IMG/VR virus record: IMGVR_UViG_3300034103_001223
Origin: an uncultured virus (IMG/VR IMGVR_UViG_3300034103_001223)
Taxonomy: Duplodnaviria > Heunggongvirae > Uroviricota > Caudoviricetes
Length of the DNA stretch: 64,000 nt
Reading direction: 5' to 3' (one strand)
Positions 36,291 through 45,524 of the stretch are shown here, piece by piece. The notes beneath the pieces were generated by a model that was given only the letters and a program-made list of their open reading frames with translations, had not been told where the DNA came from and ran no database searches. Each line of letters starts with the position of its first letter. Positions within the stretch are counted from its first letter, which is position 1. The position numbers were made by a program, and so were the translations under genes.

Positions 36291-38768
36291 GTGCCCTACA
36301 CCTACGCCAACCTGAAGTCCGAGTTGCAGCCGCTCCTGTGGCCACAGGGAGAGGCGGAGAACCTGATTCTCCCGCACAACAAGTTCTTCACGGAAGCGTT
36401 GATTGAGATCCAGCGTTGGGCGGACTGCTACCAATACAACAACAGCCAGCTCTACCGGGCCTGCTCGCGGTTCTACACCTGCGGGCTGAACGTGATGGAG
36501 GCTCCCGGTGCGTTGGTTGCTGGAAGCATCGCCAACACGATTCGCCGCCTGTCCGTCATTGACCAGATTGATCCGGCAACACAGCTTGAATCGGCGGCGG
36601 CCCCTGACCAGTGGTGTTCTCGCATCTACTACAAGCAGGTTCCCCATTGCGAGCTACTCAAGTATCAGCAGAAGGTGGCTTCCTGTTTGAGCTGTGGTGG
36701 CAACGCCAACTTCAGCGGTCTGTTCGGGTTCCCCGGCGCTTCGTGCCAGAAGGGGAACTTTCCGACGCCGACGGACGCGGAGTATCTCGCCAGCCCTGCG
36801 CTCCCGTTGGGACATCACTACCAGCCGCAAGCCTCCACGGACTCCCGATGGGGACGCTCCCGGCATGGTGTCTGGTCGCTGGAGCGGGGCCGCATTTACC
36901 TCGCGCCGTGGCTCCAGAGCACCGAGACGGTGATTGTGGAGTGGGACGGCATCAAAGCTGACTGGGATTCTCTCGACCTCGTGGTGGACAACGCACAGCT
37001 CAAGCGAGCGGTGCGCTACTACGTTCTCTGGAATCACCTGAAGGACTACGAGCGGGACGACGTGGCGGCAGCGCAGGCGGAGAAGGATTGGATCATGGCT
37101 CTGCGCGGCCTCATGCGGGATTGCCGAGAGGAAACCCGTGTGCGTGGCTGCGAGGGCAGCAATGCGCGGCAGGCGGACATTCGCATCAATGGAGATCCAG
37201 AGCCGATTCCAGCCACATTGCAGTATCCCGGCAACGGTGGGAGCGCTGGCGCTGGCGGTTCAAATCCGGGTGGAGCTGGAGGGGGAGTCCCTGGATGTGT
37301 TCCGGTCGAAGCTCCTGAATTTGATCCGCCGTCCGGTGCGATTGTTACCTATCCAACGTGGGTCACGATCACGTCTGCAACAGATGGTGCGGAGATTTAC
37401 TTCACCACGGATGGATCAGAGCCAACCCGCGCAAGCAATCGTTACAGCGGTCCTTTCCAGCTTGCTTCTGGATACAGCATCAACGCTGTCGCATTCCTTG
37501 GCGTCTGCCCGTCTCCTGAGAACTCGTCGGACTACATCTCGGCGCAGGACTACCTGAATCCTCCTGACGATCCTACCAAGACCGGCTCTGCTCCAGTGCT
37601 GACAGTTCTTTGCACTGATACAGACCGAGCTGGACGTTGGTATGTGTTCACCCCGGATGGTAGCAAGGACATCAACTGGAGGCTTGAGTTTGCCTTCAAC
37701 GCTGGCTCCACAGTAAAGCGGCTGGAGATGTATGAGACGGATGAGAATGGCGTCTGGTCAAGTGGCCGAGCGTGGGCTACTCAGTATCTCATCAACGGCA
37801 ATTTTGCCACATTCCCGCTGGTGCTTGATGACGGTGGGCAGATTAACCATGCTTATACAACAAACCTGAACGAGCCGGGTGACGACGCTCATTCGTGGGC
37901 TATGTTTGGAGAGTCGGTTGGTCGTCCGAGCACTGGTTCTCACTACAAGCTGATAATCTTTCTTGAGGACGGAACGAAGTTTTACACCACTCACAGCATT
38001 GAGTGCGTAGGGGAAGACCCGGAAGAGGGGTGCATTGAGCTTGAGGCAAACGATCAAGGGGAAGTTTCATACACTTTCAACATTGGAACAAAGCTTAGCC
38101 CTGATGGAACGATTGTTCCGGCGGTGGTTGTAACGGGAACATGGGTGGTGTTCGTTCTGGATGGGCAGTGGGTTCTTGGCAGGGTTGAAGCAGTTGATTC
38201 CAACGGCAATAGCGTGACACTTGATCCGTCTTCGTTCGTTCCCGGCGTGAGGTATGCCCCTGGAGATGTGGTTGTTCTTTCCGGTGTATCCGCAGGTGGA
38301 GTTACTGGCAGTGGTGGATGCGTGATTCTCCCACCGATACCGCCGACTACAACCACGACAACAACTGGAGGTAGCACTACAACTACAACTGCGGCACCTG
38401 ATTTGTGCTGCGATGATCTTCCGAACAGCCTTATTATTGGTGGCGGTTACGGATCACTTCCAGCATCCGGTGGATTCAGTTTTGGCCTTGGGGCTGTCTG
38501 CACAAAGCAGGTTGTTGGCGGTGAGGTTCAATACGTCGGAACCGTGAGCGAAATTGTCACATACGCCAATGCGCCGGGATATTTTGGTGATGCGTCTTTT
38601 GTGTTCAGGAGAAATTCTGAAACGTGCATTTGGACGTTGGAGCAAACTCTGAACAGTCCTTTGGATGGAAGTGTAACTGAGTCTGGAACAAGTTCTCAAA
38701 ACTGGTGTCAGGAGCGGCAGCTGGAGAGTGTTGTCGTGTTTGGCGGATTTACAGGAGTCCAGATATGA
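36291..38768 (+). CDS. Head-tail adaptor-like protein with Fn3-associated (chitobiase C-terminal-like) domain and Thr-rich linker
   Basis: MPYTYANLKSEL adaptor-type start; PEFDPPSG..VTITSATDGAEIYFTTDGSEPT motif. Confidence 0.6.
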   Translation: MPYTYANLKSELQPLLWPQGEAENLILPHNKFFTEALIEIQRWADCYQYNNSQLYRACSRFYTCGLNVMEAPGALVAGSIANTIRRLSVIDQIDPATQLESAAAPDQWCSRIYYKQVPHCELLKYQQKVASCLSCGGNANFSGLFGFPGASCQKGNFPTPTDAEYLASPALPLGHHYQPQASTDSRWGRSRHGVWSLERGRIYLAPWLQSTETVIVEWDGIKADWDSLDLVVDNAQLKRAVRYYVLWNHLKDYERDDVAAAQAEKDWIMALRGLMRDCREETRVRGCEGSNARQADIRINGDPEPIPATLQYPGNGGSAGAGGSNPGGAGGGVPGCVPVEAPEFDPPSGAIVTYPTWVTITSATDGAEIYFTTDGSEPTRASNRYSGPFQLASGYSINAVAFLGVCPSPENSSDYISAQDYLNPPDDPTKTGSAPVLTVLCTDTDRAGRWYVFTPDGSKDINWRLEFAFNAGSTVKRLEMYETDENGVWSSGRAWATQYLINGNFATFPLVLDDGGQINHAYTTNLNEPGDDAHSWAMFGESVGRPSTGSHYKLIIFLEDGTKFYTTHSIECVGEDPEEGCIELEANDQGEVSYTFNIGTKLSPDGTIVPAVVVTGTWVVFVLDGQWVLGRVEAVDSNGNSVTLDPSSFVPGVRYAPGDVVVLSGVSAGGVTGSGGCVILPPIPPTTTTTTTGGSTTTTTAAPDLCCDDLPNSLIIGGGYGSLPASGGFSFGLGAVCTKQVVGGEVQYVGTVSEIVTYANAPGYFGDASFVFRRNSETCIWTLEQTLNSPLDGSVTESGTSSQNWCQERQLESVVVFGGFTGVQI

Positions 38769-38794
38769 AAGTCGCACCTAAATCCTGAACAGAT

Positions 38795-38941
38795 ATGCGC
38801 TTCGACCGAATCATAGAAACTCCCTGCGAGACGCCGGGGACTAGCGTGACAACGACAACCGGCAGTGATTCAACGTCCACCACCGGAAGCGGTGCCACTA
38901 GCACAACCGCTGGTGACTCGACAACGACTACGCCTGCATGA
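38795..38941 (+). CDS. 48-aa Thr/Ser-rich mucin-like peptide; not in the ORF track
   Basis: MRFDRIIETPCETPGTSVTTTTGSDSTSTTGSGATSTTAGDSTTTTPA*, coupled to the next ORF. Confidence 0.65.
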   Translation: MRFDRIIETPCETPGTSVTTTTGSDSTSTTGSGATSTTAGDSTTTTPA

Positions 38942-39246
38942 ACATCTCCTTCGTCCCATTCCACGGCTTCTGGGTGCCTATCATTGGAGTGGACGAGCAG
39001 GAAACGCTGAACGAATGCGCTGATTGCCACGACCAGTTCGACCTGCTACAGATTCGGCTAAACCAAGACGGGTGGTTTAGATGCGACCGATGCACAGCCC
39101 GGAACGACAAGTATCTGACAGAACAACATGCGCTTCGTAATCAAGTATCCCACCAGGGGCAGGCCGGGGCAGTTCATCCGGCAGGTGCAGAAGTATCGGG
39201 CATTCCTTTCCCGCCGCAATCCAGTCCGCTTTGTGGTGTCCATTGA
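38938..39246 (+). CDS. Small zinc-finger-like protein
   Basis: CADC..CDRC; 3' part overlaps the next gene. Confidence 0.45.
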   Translation: MNISFVPFHGFWVPIIGVDEQETLNECADCHDQFDLLQIRLNQDGWFRCDRCTARNDKYLTEQHALRNQVSHQGQAGAVHPAGAEVSGIPFPPQSSPLCGVH

Positions 39247-39784
39247 CGAGGACGACCGGACGATGCACGCCGCCGACGTGCAGGCGTTTATCTCCCGGCA
39301 GCGCGACATGAAGGTGTATGTCGGCGCATCGAAGGGGAAGATTGAGGCTGTCAACGCGAACTTCGACAAGCTGGGCGACTACGACGTGCTCATCCTCGCC
39401 TCCGACGACATGGTGCCACAGGTGCGCAACTACGATGTCACCATTGAGCAGTTGATGATGAAGCACTTCCCAAATCTGGACGGCTGCCTGCACTTTGATG
39501 ACGGCCTTAACAAGCATGGCCTGAACACGATGCCGATAGCGGGGAAGAAGCTGATCGACTCGTGGGGTTACATCTACCACCCCTCGTATCGTTCGGAGTT
39601 CTGCGATAACGAGTTCCAAGATGTGACTGAGAGGGATGGTAAATCGGTCAAGTCTCCGCTCTGCCTGTTCAAGCACGAGTGGGCAAAGACAGGCAAGGAT
39701 GCCACATTCATTCGCAACAGTAATTTGTGGTGTGTGGACAAACCGAACTACGAGCGGAGGAAGGCTGCTGGCTTCCCCAAATGA
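39128..39784 (+). CDS. Glycosyltransferase, GT-A fold (GT2-like)
   Basis: PTRGRP, KIEAVN, ASDDM and YRSEFCDNE. Confidence 0.75.
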   Translation: MRFVIKYPTRGRPGQFIRQVQKYRAFLSRRNPVRFVVSIDEDDRTMHAADVQAFISRQRDMKVYVGASKGKIEAVNANFDKLGDYDVLILASDDMVPQVRNYDVTIEQLMMKHFPNLDGCLHFDDGLNKHGLNTMPIAGKKLIDSWGYIYHPSYRSEFCDNEFQDVTERDGKSVKSPLCLFKHEWAKTGKDATFIRNSNLWCVDKPNYERRKAAGFPK

Positions 39785-40338
39785 GCCTATTCGTTCTCAG
39801 CATCCTCATTTGCACCCTGCCAGAGCGTGCGATGTTTCTGCGTCGCCTGATGGCATCACTTGAAAAGCAGGCTCGCGGATTCCCAGTCGAAATCCTGACC
39901 GACAATCGCGGCAAGAACATCTCCATCGGAGCCAAGCGGAACGCACTTATGAAGCGGGCCAGAGGGGAATACGTCGCATTTGTGGATGATGACGACGAGG
40001 TGGCAGCGAATTACGTTCAGCTCGTCCTGCAAGCCCTCCGCTCAAAGCCGGACTGCGCCGAGCTGCGTGGCGAGATTACCACTGACGGGAAGAACCCAAA
40101 GCCGTTTATCCACACTGTCACCTGCCAGAAGTGGCACGAGAAGGATGGCGTCTATTGGAGGATGCCAAACCACCTGAATGCGATTCGCCTCGATCTGGCA
40201 CTTCAAGCTGGATTCCCCGAGAAGAGCTTTGGGGAAGACCACGACTTCAGCAAGCGTGTTCAGCCCTTCTTGAAGACCCAGGGAGACATCCCGCAGACGA
40301 TCTACTACTATCGCTATCGAAGTAAGAAACGCGCTTGA
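39781..40338 (+). CDS. Glycosyltransferase family 2
   Basis: LSILICT, IGAKRNAL..ARGEYVAFVDDDD and GEDHDF. Confidence 0.85.
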   Translation: MSLFVLSILICTLPERAMFLRRLMASLEKQARGFPVEILTDNRGKNISIGAKRNALMKRARGEYVAFVDDDDEVAANYVQLVLQALRSKPDCAELRGEITTDGKNPKPFIHTVTCQKWHEKDGVYWRMPNHLNAIRLDLALQAGFPEKSFGEDHDFSKRVQPFLKTQGDIPQTIYYYRYRSKKRA

Positions 40339-40492
40339 CACCCGCCAAAGCTGGCGGTTAGATGGAACGCACCGGGCAGTCCATCTGACAAGCCTGCCCG
40401 GTGCTAACATCAACCAACATGCGCGAATGATTGACGCTGAAGAAACCCTTTCAGGAATGTCCCTCTAAGTCAATCAGCACTCGGCATCCTCA

Positions 40493-41290
40493 ATGAAAAA
40501 CGTAGTCTCGTATTCGCTGTTCTGGGCCGGAAAAGACGATCACGCCAAGCTCTACACGAACGGCCTTCGGGCCACTGTTCTCGCGCACCACAGCATCTAT
40601 CCCGGCTGGGAGCTGCGTATCCACCACGACGGCACGCTGCATCTCGACAAGGATTCCGAGCGGCTGATTGCTTTTGCAGAACTCGGGCTGGTGAAGCTCG
40701 TGCATGTGAAGCCTGCGACGCGCATCTGTGAAGCGATGCTGTGGCGGATGCTGCCAGTGTTCGACCAGAGCGTTGGCTACACGCTTTGCCGCGACCTTGA
40801 CTCGCTGGTGATTCCACGTGAGCGGCTGATGACGGAGGACTTCATCAAGAGCGGTGCCGGGATGCACTGCATCAACGACCACCCGCAGCATGGGGCTCCC
40901 ATCATGGGTGGAATGTGCTCTTTCAAGGGCGACATCTTCCGGCGTCTCACCGACAAGGATTCCTTCGAGCGGATGATTGCCGGGTTCTCACTCGACCGGC
41001 ACGGGGACGATCAGGATTTGCTGATGACGCGCATCTGGCCGGTCATGCAGCATTCGCTCTGCGAGCATCGCATCTCGGGGCGTGAACAGACCCCCGGCGC
41101 GATGGCCAGCTTCAAATACACCAGCACGAAGGAGTCCGAAATCAAGGACATGACGGATGCGGTGCGAGATCGTGCCGACATGCTCATTCCGTTCCTCGGC
41201 GTTCCGGGGTTCGACTACAAGCGCGTCGAGGAGTTCTTTCTGAAAGAGGGTCATCCGCAGATTTCAAAGCTGGTCAATTCCATCCCGTGA
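40493..41290 (+). CDS. Putative glycosyltransferase (DxD)
   Basis: VSYSLF, YPGWELRIH, MLWR, RDLDS, IMGGM and DQD.L...IWP. Confidence 0.55.
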   Translation: MKNVVSYSLFWAGKDDHAKLYTNGLRATVLAHHSIYPGWELRIHHDGTLHLDKDSERLIAFAELGLVKLVHVKPATRICEAMLWRMLPVFDQSVGYTLCRDLDSLVIPRERLMTEDFIKSGAGMHCINDHPQHGAPIMGGMCSFKGDIFRRLTDKDSFERMIAGFSLDRHGDDQDLLMTRIWPVMQHSLCEHRISGREQTPGAMASFKYTSTKESEIKDMTDAVRDRADMLIPFLGVPGFDYKRVEEFFLKEGHPQISKLVNSIP

Positions 41291-41973
41291 ACACGATTTT
41301 CAACTACAACTCCATCAGCCTTGCCACACTGGGGCGGCTGAACGCATTTGCCACGATGGCTTACTCCACGGTGCAAGGCATCCAGCACACCTACCTTGCG
41401 GCTCGTGACATCGTGCAGCGCGGCATCCCCGGAGCCTTCGTGGAGTGCGGGGTGGCGAACGGCGCACAGGTTTGCTCGATGGCGGAAGCCAATGGTAAGT
41501 TCGCCCGCGAGTTCCACCTGTTCGATTCCTTCCAAGGCATCCCGATGGCTGGCCCGAACGACCACGACCAACCTGGCATTGGCAAGTTCGTGGTGGACCA
41601 GAACCTCCCTCTGCGCGAACGCTTGGTGTCCAGCGGAATCAGCTCCAGCTCAGTGCAGAACGTGAAGAACAATCTCGCCAAGCACGGCTTCGGGGCTGGC
41701 TACAAGTTCCATGTCGGATGGTTTCAGGACACGGTGCCGGTCGTGGAGACTGGTCCGATTGCGCTGCTCCGACTGGATGGCGACCTCTACGAATCCACGA
41801 AGGTCTGCCTTGAGCATCTCTTCCCGAAGATTGTTCCGGGTGGTGCAATGATTCTGGACGACTACCCGCTTCCCGGTTCCCGCAAAGCGTGGGAGGAATA
41901 CTGCGAGCAGCACAAGTTGAACCTCACGCCGATCATCGCCTGTGACACGGGCGCAGCCTACTTCCAACTGTGA
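41287..41973 (+). CDS. TylF/MycF/NovP-family sugar O-methyltransferase
   Basis: GAFVECGV..G, LFDSFQG.P, GWFQDT, IALLRLDGDLYEST and DDY. Confidence 0.9.
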   Translation: MNTIFNYNSISLATLGRLNAFATMAYSTVQGIQHTYLAARDIVQRGIPGAFVECGVANGAQVCSMAEANGKFAREFHLFDSFQGIPMAGPNDHDQPGIGKFVVDQNLPLRERLVSSGISSSSVQNVKNNLAKHGFGAGYKFHVGWFQDTVPVVETGPIALLRLDGDLYESTKVCLEHLFPKIVPGGAMILDDYPLPGSRKAWEEYCEQHKLNLTPIIACDTGAAYFQL

Positions 41974-42824
41974 GCATCGCCGTCGTCTATCTTGCTTCTC
42001 CGAGGGACTGGTCACACCAAAAGTGGACCCGGTTGGAGTGCCTGCGGGCTTCATTGAAGCTGCTGCGGAAGTTTGCTCCACCGTGGCCGGTCATCATTTT
42101 CCACGAGAACTATCGCAAGGAAGATGAGGAGTTTCTTCGTGCAGTCTATCCTGACATCACGTTCTCGCAGGTGGACTTCTCCACGCACATTCACCGCTAC
42201 AAGCCGGGTTATCGTGACGCTCGGGTTGGAACCTACGGCTACGGGATGATGTGCCGCTTCTTCAGCGGGGTGATGCAGGTTCATCCGCTGCTGAATCCCT
42301 ACACGCACTACATCCGGCTGGACGATGACTCCTACATCCAGAGCCCGATCACGCCTGAGATTGTTCAGCGAATCCTCTCCAACGACTACACCTATCGCTG
42401 CACCTTCGAGGACTACTCGCCATCGCTGTGGGATTACTCCATTGAGTTCATGCGGAAGAACGGTCTGCCAGTGGACCCGAAGCTGCGCACCATCGCAACG
42501 GCTCCCTACACCAACTACCACTCCAGCAGCATCCGGCTCTGGAAGCATCACGTCGTTCGGGAATACCTGCGGGGAATCGAGGAGCAAGACGGCTGTATCA
42601 CGAAGGGGTGGGATGACGCCATCATTCAGGGTGTGATTGCCAAGATGATCTGCCCCGTGCTCGGCTACGGTGTTCATCTGGAAAACGGCTTCTGCTATCG
42701 CCATAACCAGCACTGCTCGCATCGCCCTGGGCATGGCCATTCAGAGCTGTGCTTGGATGGAAACGACGAGCACCACAAGGGCGACATTAACTACCAGTGG
42801 GGTCCACCGAAATCAATATGCTGA
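41970..42824 (+). CDS. GT15 (Kre2/Ktr mannosyltransferase)-like glycosyltransferase
   Basis: YGMMCRFFSG..HPLL..Y..YIRLDDDS, YTNY and WDDA. Confidence 0.7.
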   Translation: MSIAVVYLASPRDWSHQKWTRLECLRASLKLLRKFAPPWPVIIFHENYRKEDEEFLRAVYPDITFSQVDFSTHIHRYKPGYRDARVGTYGYGMMCRFFSGVMQVHPLLNPYTHYIRLDDDSYIQSPITPEIVQRILSNDYTYRCTFEDYSPSLWDYSIEFMRKNGLPVDPKLRTIATAPYTNYHSSSIRLWKHHVVREYLRGIEEQDGCITKGWDDAIIQGVIAKMICPVLGYGVHLENGFCYRHNQHCSHRPGHGHSELCLDGNDEHHKGDINYQWGPPKSIC

Positions 42825-43540
42825 CCAGAGTGATAGCGGTGACGCAGCTTGGCCAAGGCGTTCATTCAAAGTTCGCCAAGCGGAACCTCCATGTCAGGAA
42901 CACGCTGATTCCATCTCTCGCTCAAATCGGACTTTCAGCGGAAATCTTCCCAGCCATAATCGGTTCATCCGTGAAGGTGAGCGGTGGAGCCGCGCTGCAT
43001 GATTCGCTGGAGATTCCGCTTGGGGAAGGCTGCATTGGGAACCTGCTTTCAAACTACGAGCTTTGGAAGTTGAGTGTCACCACCGGCCAATCGGTGCTCA
43101 TCCTTGAGGATGACGCCATCCTGCCGTCGCAGAACGCACAGTTTGTGGCTGATGCGATTCGGTCCTTTCAGCAGTCCCACCAAGATCAGCCGGACATCCT
43201 CTACCTGCTTTCGCAGTCACCATTCATCAAGGACACCTTCAAGCGGTATGCTCCGAGCGAGCTGAAGGCGATAAACAACAGCATCTCCCGGCTGATTCGC
43301 ACCAGCGACCTCGCCTGCACGGCAGCTTACATGGTGACACCTTTCTCGGCTCGCCGCCTGATGGAGCGTATCACAAAGTCGAAGACGATTCCGACGGACG
43401 GCTACGTTCACACCGCGCAGATGGATGGCGCTATTGGAATCGTTGTTCAAACGGACCCAACTAAGGGGTTTATGCTGAACGAGAACTGGGCGGAGTGGAA
43501 TCACAAACACGATCCTTCGGTGAAGATGGAGCCGTCGTGA
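42818..43540 (+). CDS. Glycosyltransferase family 25-like
   Basis: G..LS.YELW..VLILEDDA..TAAYMVTP..A..L..PTD. Confidence 0.75.
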   Translation: MLTRVIAVTQLGQGVHSKFAKRNLHVRNTLIPSLAQIGLSAEIFPAIIGSSVKVSGGAALHDSLEIPLGEGCIGNLLSNYELWKLSVTTGQSVLILEDDAILPSQNAQFVADAIRSFQQSHQDQPDILYLLSQSPFIKDTFKRYAPSELKAINNSISRLIRTSDLACTAAYMVTPFSARRLMERITKSKTIPTDGYVHTAQMDGAIGIVVQTDPTKGFMLNENWAEWNHKHDPSVKMEPS

Positions 43541-44253
43541 AAATCTCCTGCGCCACACTCACCTACGCCCGCACGGGGATGCTGGAGGAAGCCATCGAGA
43601 GCTTTCTCCGGCAGGACTATCCCAACAAGGAGATGGTGATCTACAACACCTACGAGCGGCAACATCTGGTGTGCAACTCTCCCGGCGTGCGCGTCATCAA
43701 TGCCTACTCAAGACCGGCCACCCTCGGTGAAACCCGGAACAAGTGCATCGAGAAGTGCGAAGGGGAGTTCATCCTCAACCTCGATGACGACGACATCATC
43801 CTGCCGGGATACCTCTCATGGCTGGTATCCAGGCTGGAAGGCCGGGATTGGATTCGGCAGGACCGCCGCTTCTGCCTGCGCAACGGGAGGATTGTAGGGA
43901 TGGCCGAGCAAGCCACCAACCAGTCGCTTTTCAGGAAGTCGGCTTGGGCGGCTGTCGGAGGGTTCCCCCACGAGAACTCCGGGGAGGACAAGGGTTTTAG
44001 AAGACTGCTGGCTAATCGTCATGGTGGAGCGCGGGTGGAATGCCGCCCGCAAGACGCTGGATTCCTTTACCGCTGGCATTCCAACAACATCTCCCGCACG
44101 GGACCAGACCGACCGGGGCAGCTCAATGGAATGCAGACCACCAAGCGTCTCGTAATGAAGGCCATGCCGAAGCGGGGCAAGGTAACGCTGCATCCTCGCT
44201 GGGGAGTGGACTACTGGCAGCTCACACGGGAATATCTCAAAGCGCACCCATGA
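43537..44253 (+). CDS. Glycosyltransferase family 2
   Basis: LEEAIESFLRQDYPNKE, LGETRN, LDDDD and GED. Confidence 0.85.
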   Translation: MKISCATLTYARTGMLEEAIESFLRQDYPNKEMVIYNTYERQHLVCNSPGVRVINAYSRPATLGETRNKCIEKCEGEFILNLDDDDIILPGYLSWLVSRLEGRDWIRQDRRFCLRNGRIVGMAEQATNQSLFRKSAWAAVGGFPHENSGEDKGFRRLLANRHGGARVECRPQDAGFLYRWHSNNISRTGPDRPGQLNGMQTTKRLVMKAMPKRGKVTLHPRWGVDYWQLTREYLKAHP

Positions 44254-44777
44254 AAAGCGACGTGGATATTCAACCCTTATCGCATCCCGTTCTCGACGCC
44301 TGCTGCGGAAGCCGGATGATGTGGATGGACAAGGCTGATAGCCGGGTGACGTTCGTGGACAGGAGGGATTGCGACTACACAATCGCTCCCGACCGAGCCT
44401 ACCCGAGCGGCACCACCATTCGCGTGCGACCCGACGTGGTGGCGGACTTCACCGCGCTGCCGTTTCCAGACAACTCGTTCTGGCACATTGTCTTCGACCC
44501 ACCCCACATCATCCGCAATGCGGAACTTGGCACGGTGACGAAGAAATACGGCTGCCTGAACGGCGAGTGGAAGGAGATGCTACGGATCGGGTTTGCTGAA
44601 TGCTTCCGAGTCCTAAAGCCGAACGGAACGCTGATTTTTAAGTGGTGCGAAACGCAGATTCCACTGAAGGACATTCTGGCGCTTACACCGGAGAAGCCGC
44701 TCTACGGCCACAAAGGGGGCCAGAAATCAGTCACCCACTGGGTCGCATTTCTAAAGCCTGACAAATCCAACCCATGA
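44250..44777 (+). CDS. SAM-dependent amino-methyltransferase, paralogue 1
   Basis: LDACCGSRM, VFDPPH and ECFRVLKP.GTLIFKW. Confidence 0.85.
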   Translation: MKSDVDIQPLSHPVLDACCGSRMMWMDKADSRVTFVDRRDCDYTIAPDRAYPSGTTIRVRPDVVADFTALPFPDNSFWHIVFDPPHIIRNAELGTVTKKYGCLNGEWKEMLRIGFAECFRVLKPNGTLIFKWCETQIPLKDILALTPEKPLYGHKGGQKSVTHWVAFLKPDKSNP

Positions 44778-44974
44778 ACCCACTCACCCTGCAATCCACC
44801 GTCGCAGAAGTTCTGGCCGAGATAGACCGTGAGCACCAGCAGATAGTGTCCGCGCTTGGGGAGTTGACCGGCGAGTGGGATGCCGAGCAGAAGGAACGCT
44901 ACGAGGAGCTGGTGGAGGAGCGTCTGGAGATGGTGGCTGCGAGGGATTACCTTTTGAGGAGGTGCAAGCAATGA
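44774..44974 (+). CDS. Hypothetical protein
   Basis: Coupled ORF. Confidence 0.5.
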   Translation: MNPLTLQSTVAEVLAEIDREHQQIVSALGELTGEWDAEQKERYEELVEERLEMVAARDYLLRRCKQ

Positions 44975-44981
44975 GTGGATT

Positions 44982-45524
44982 ATGAATACTGTAAAAGACA
45001 CCGTAAAATGTGCGGCGGCTGCTTTAGATTCATTCCCGCCCGTGCTCGACGCCTGCTGCGGAAGCCGGATGTTTTGGTTCAACAAGCAAGATGACCGGAC
45101 GCTGTTCGTGGACAAGCGCCGCGAGACGCATCCAATAGACATTGGAACTCCTGGCACAATCGGACGAAGCCCAATCGTGGTAGATCCTGACATGCTTGCC
45201 GACTTCACAAGTCTTCCGTTCCCAGATGACACGTTCGCACTCGTCGTGTTTGACCCTCCGCACATTGAGCGGACTGCCGCGAAAGGGCTGCTGACAAAGA
45301 AGTATGGGCATCTGACAGGTGACTGGCGCGAAACTCTACGCCGAGGCTTTGCGGAGTGTTTTCGTGTGCTCAAGCCGCATGGAACGCTCATCTTCAAATG
45401 GGCTGAATCGGACTATCCAGTATCCGAAGTGCTGTCCTTAACCTGTGAGCAACCGCTATTTGGACACAAATCCGGAAAGCAGAGCGCGACGCACTGGATT
45501 GCTTTCTTGAAGCCGAACGCATGA
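44982..45524 (+). CDS. SAM-dependent amino-methyltransferase, paralogue 2
   Basis: Same motifs as 44250-44777. Confidence 0.85.
   Translation: MNTVKDTVKCAAAALDSFPPVLDACCGSRMFWFNKQDDRTLFVDKRRETHPIDIGTPGTIGRSPIVVDPDMLADFTSLPFPDDTFALVVFDPPHIERTAAKGLLTKKYGHLTGDWRETLRRGFAECFRVLKPHGTLIFKWAESDYPVSEVLSLTCEQPLFGHKSGKQSATHWIAFLKPNA

Noticed and set aside
38340..38941. ACA/ACT-rich repeats as CRISPR or microsatellite
   Set aside because: They are Thr codon runs; there is no repeat-spacer periodicity and no cas genes anywhere in the window.
40336..40407. UGA read-through stimulated by the downstream structure
   Set aside because: The extension stops after 22 codons and does not join the next gene.
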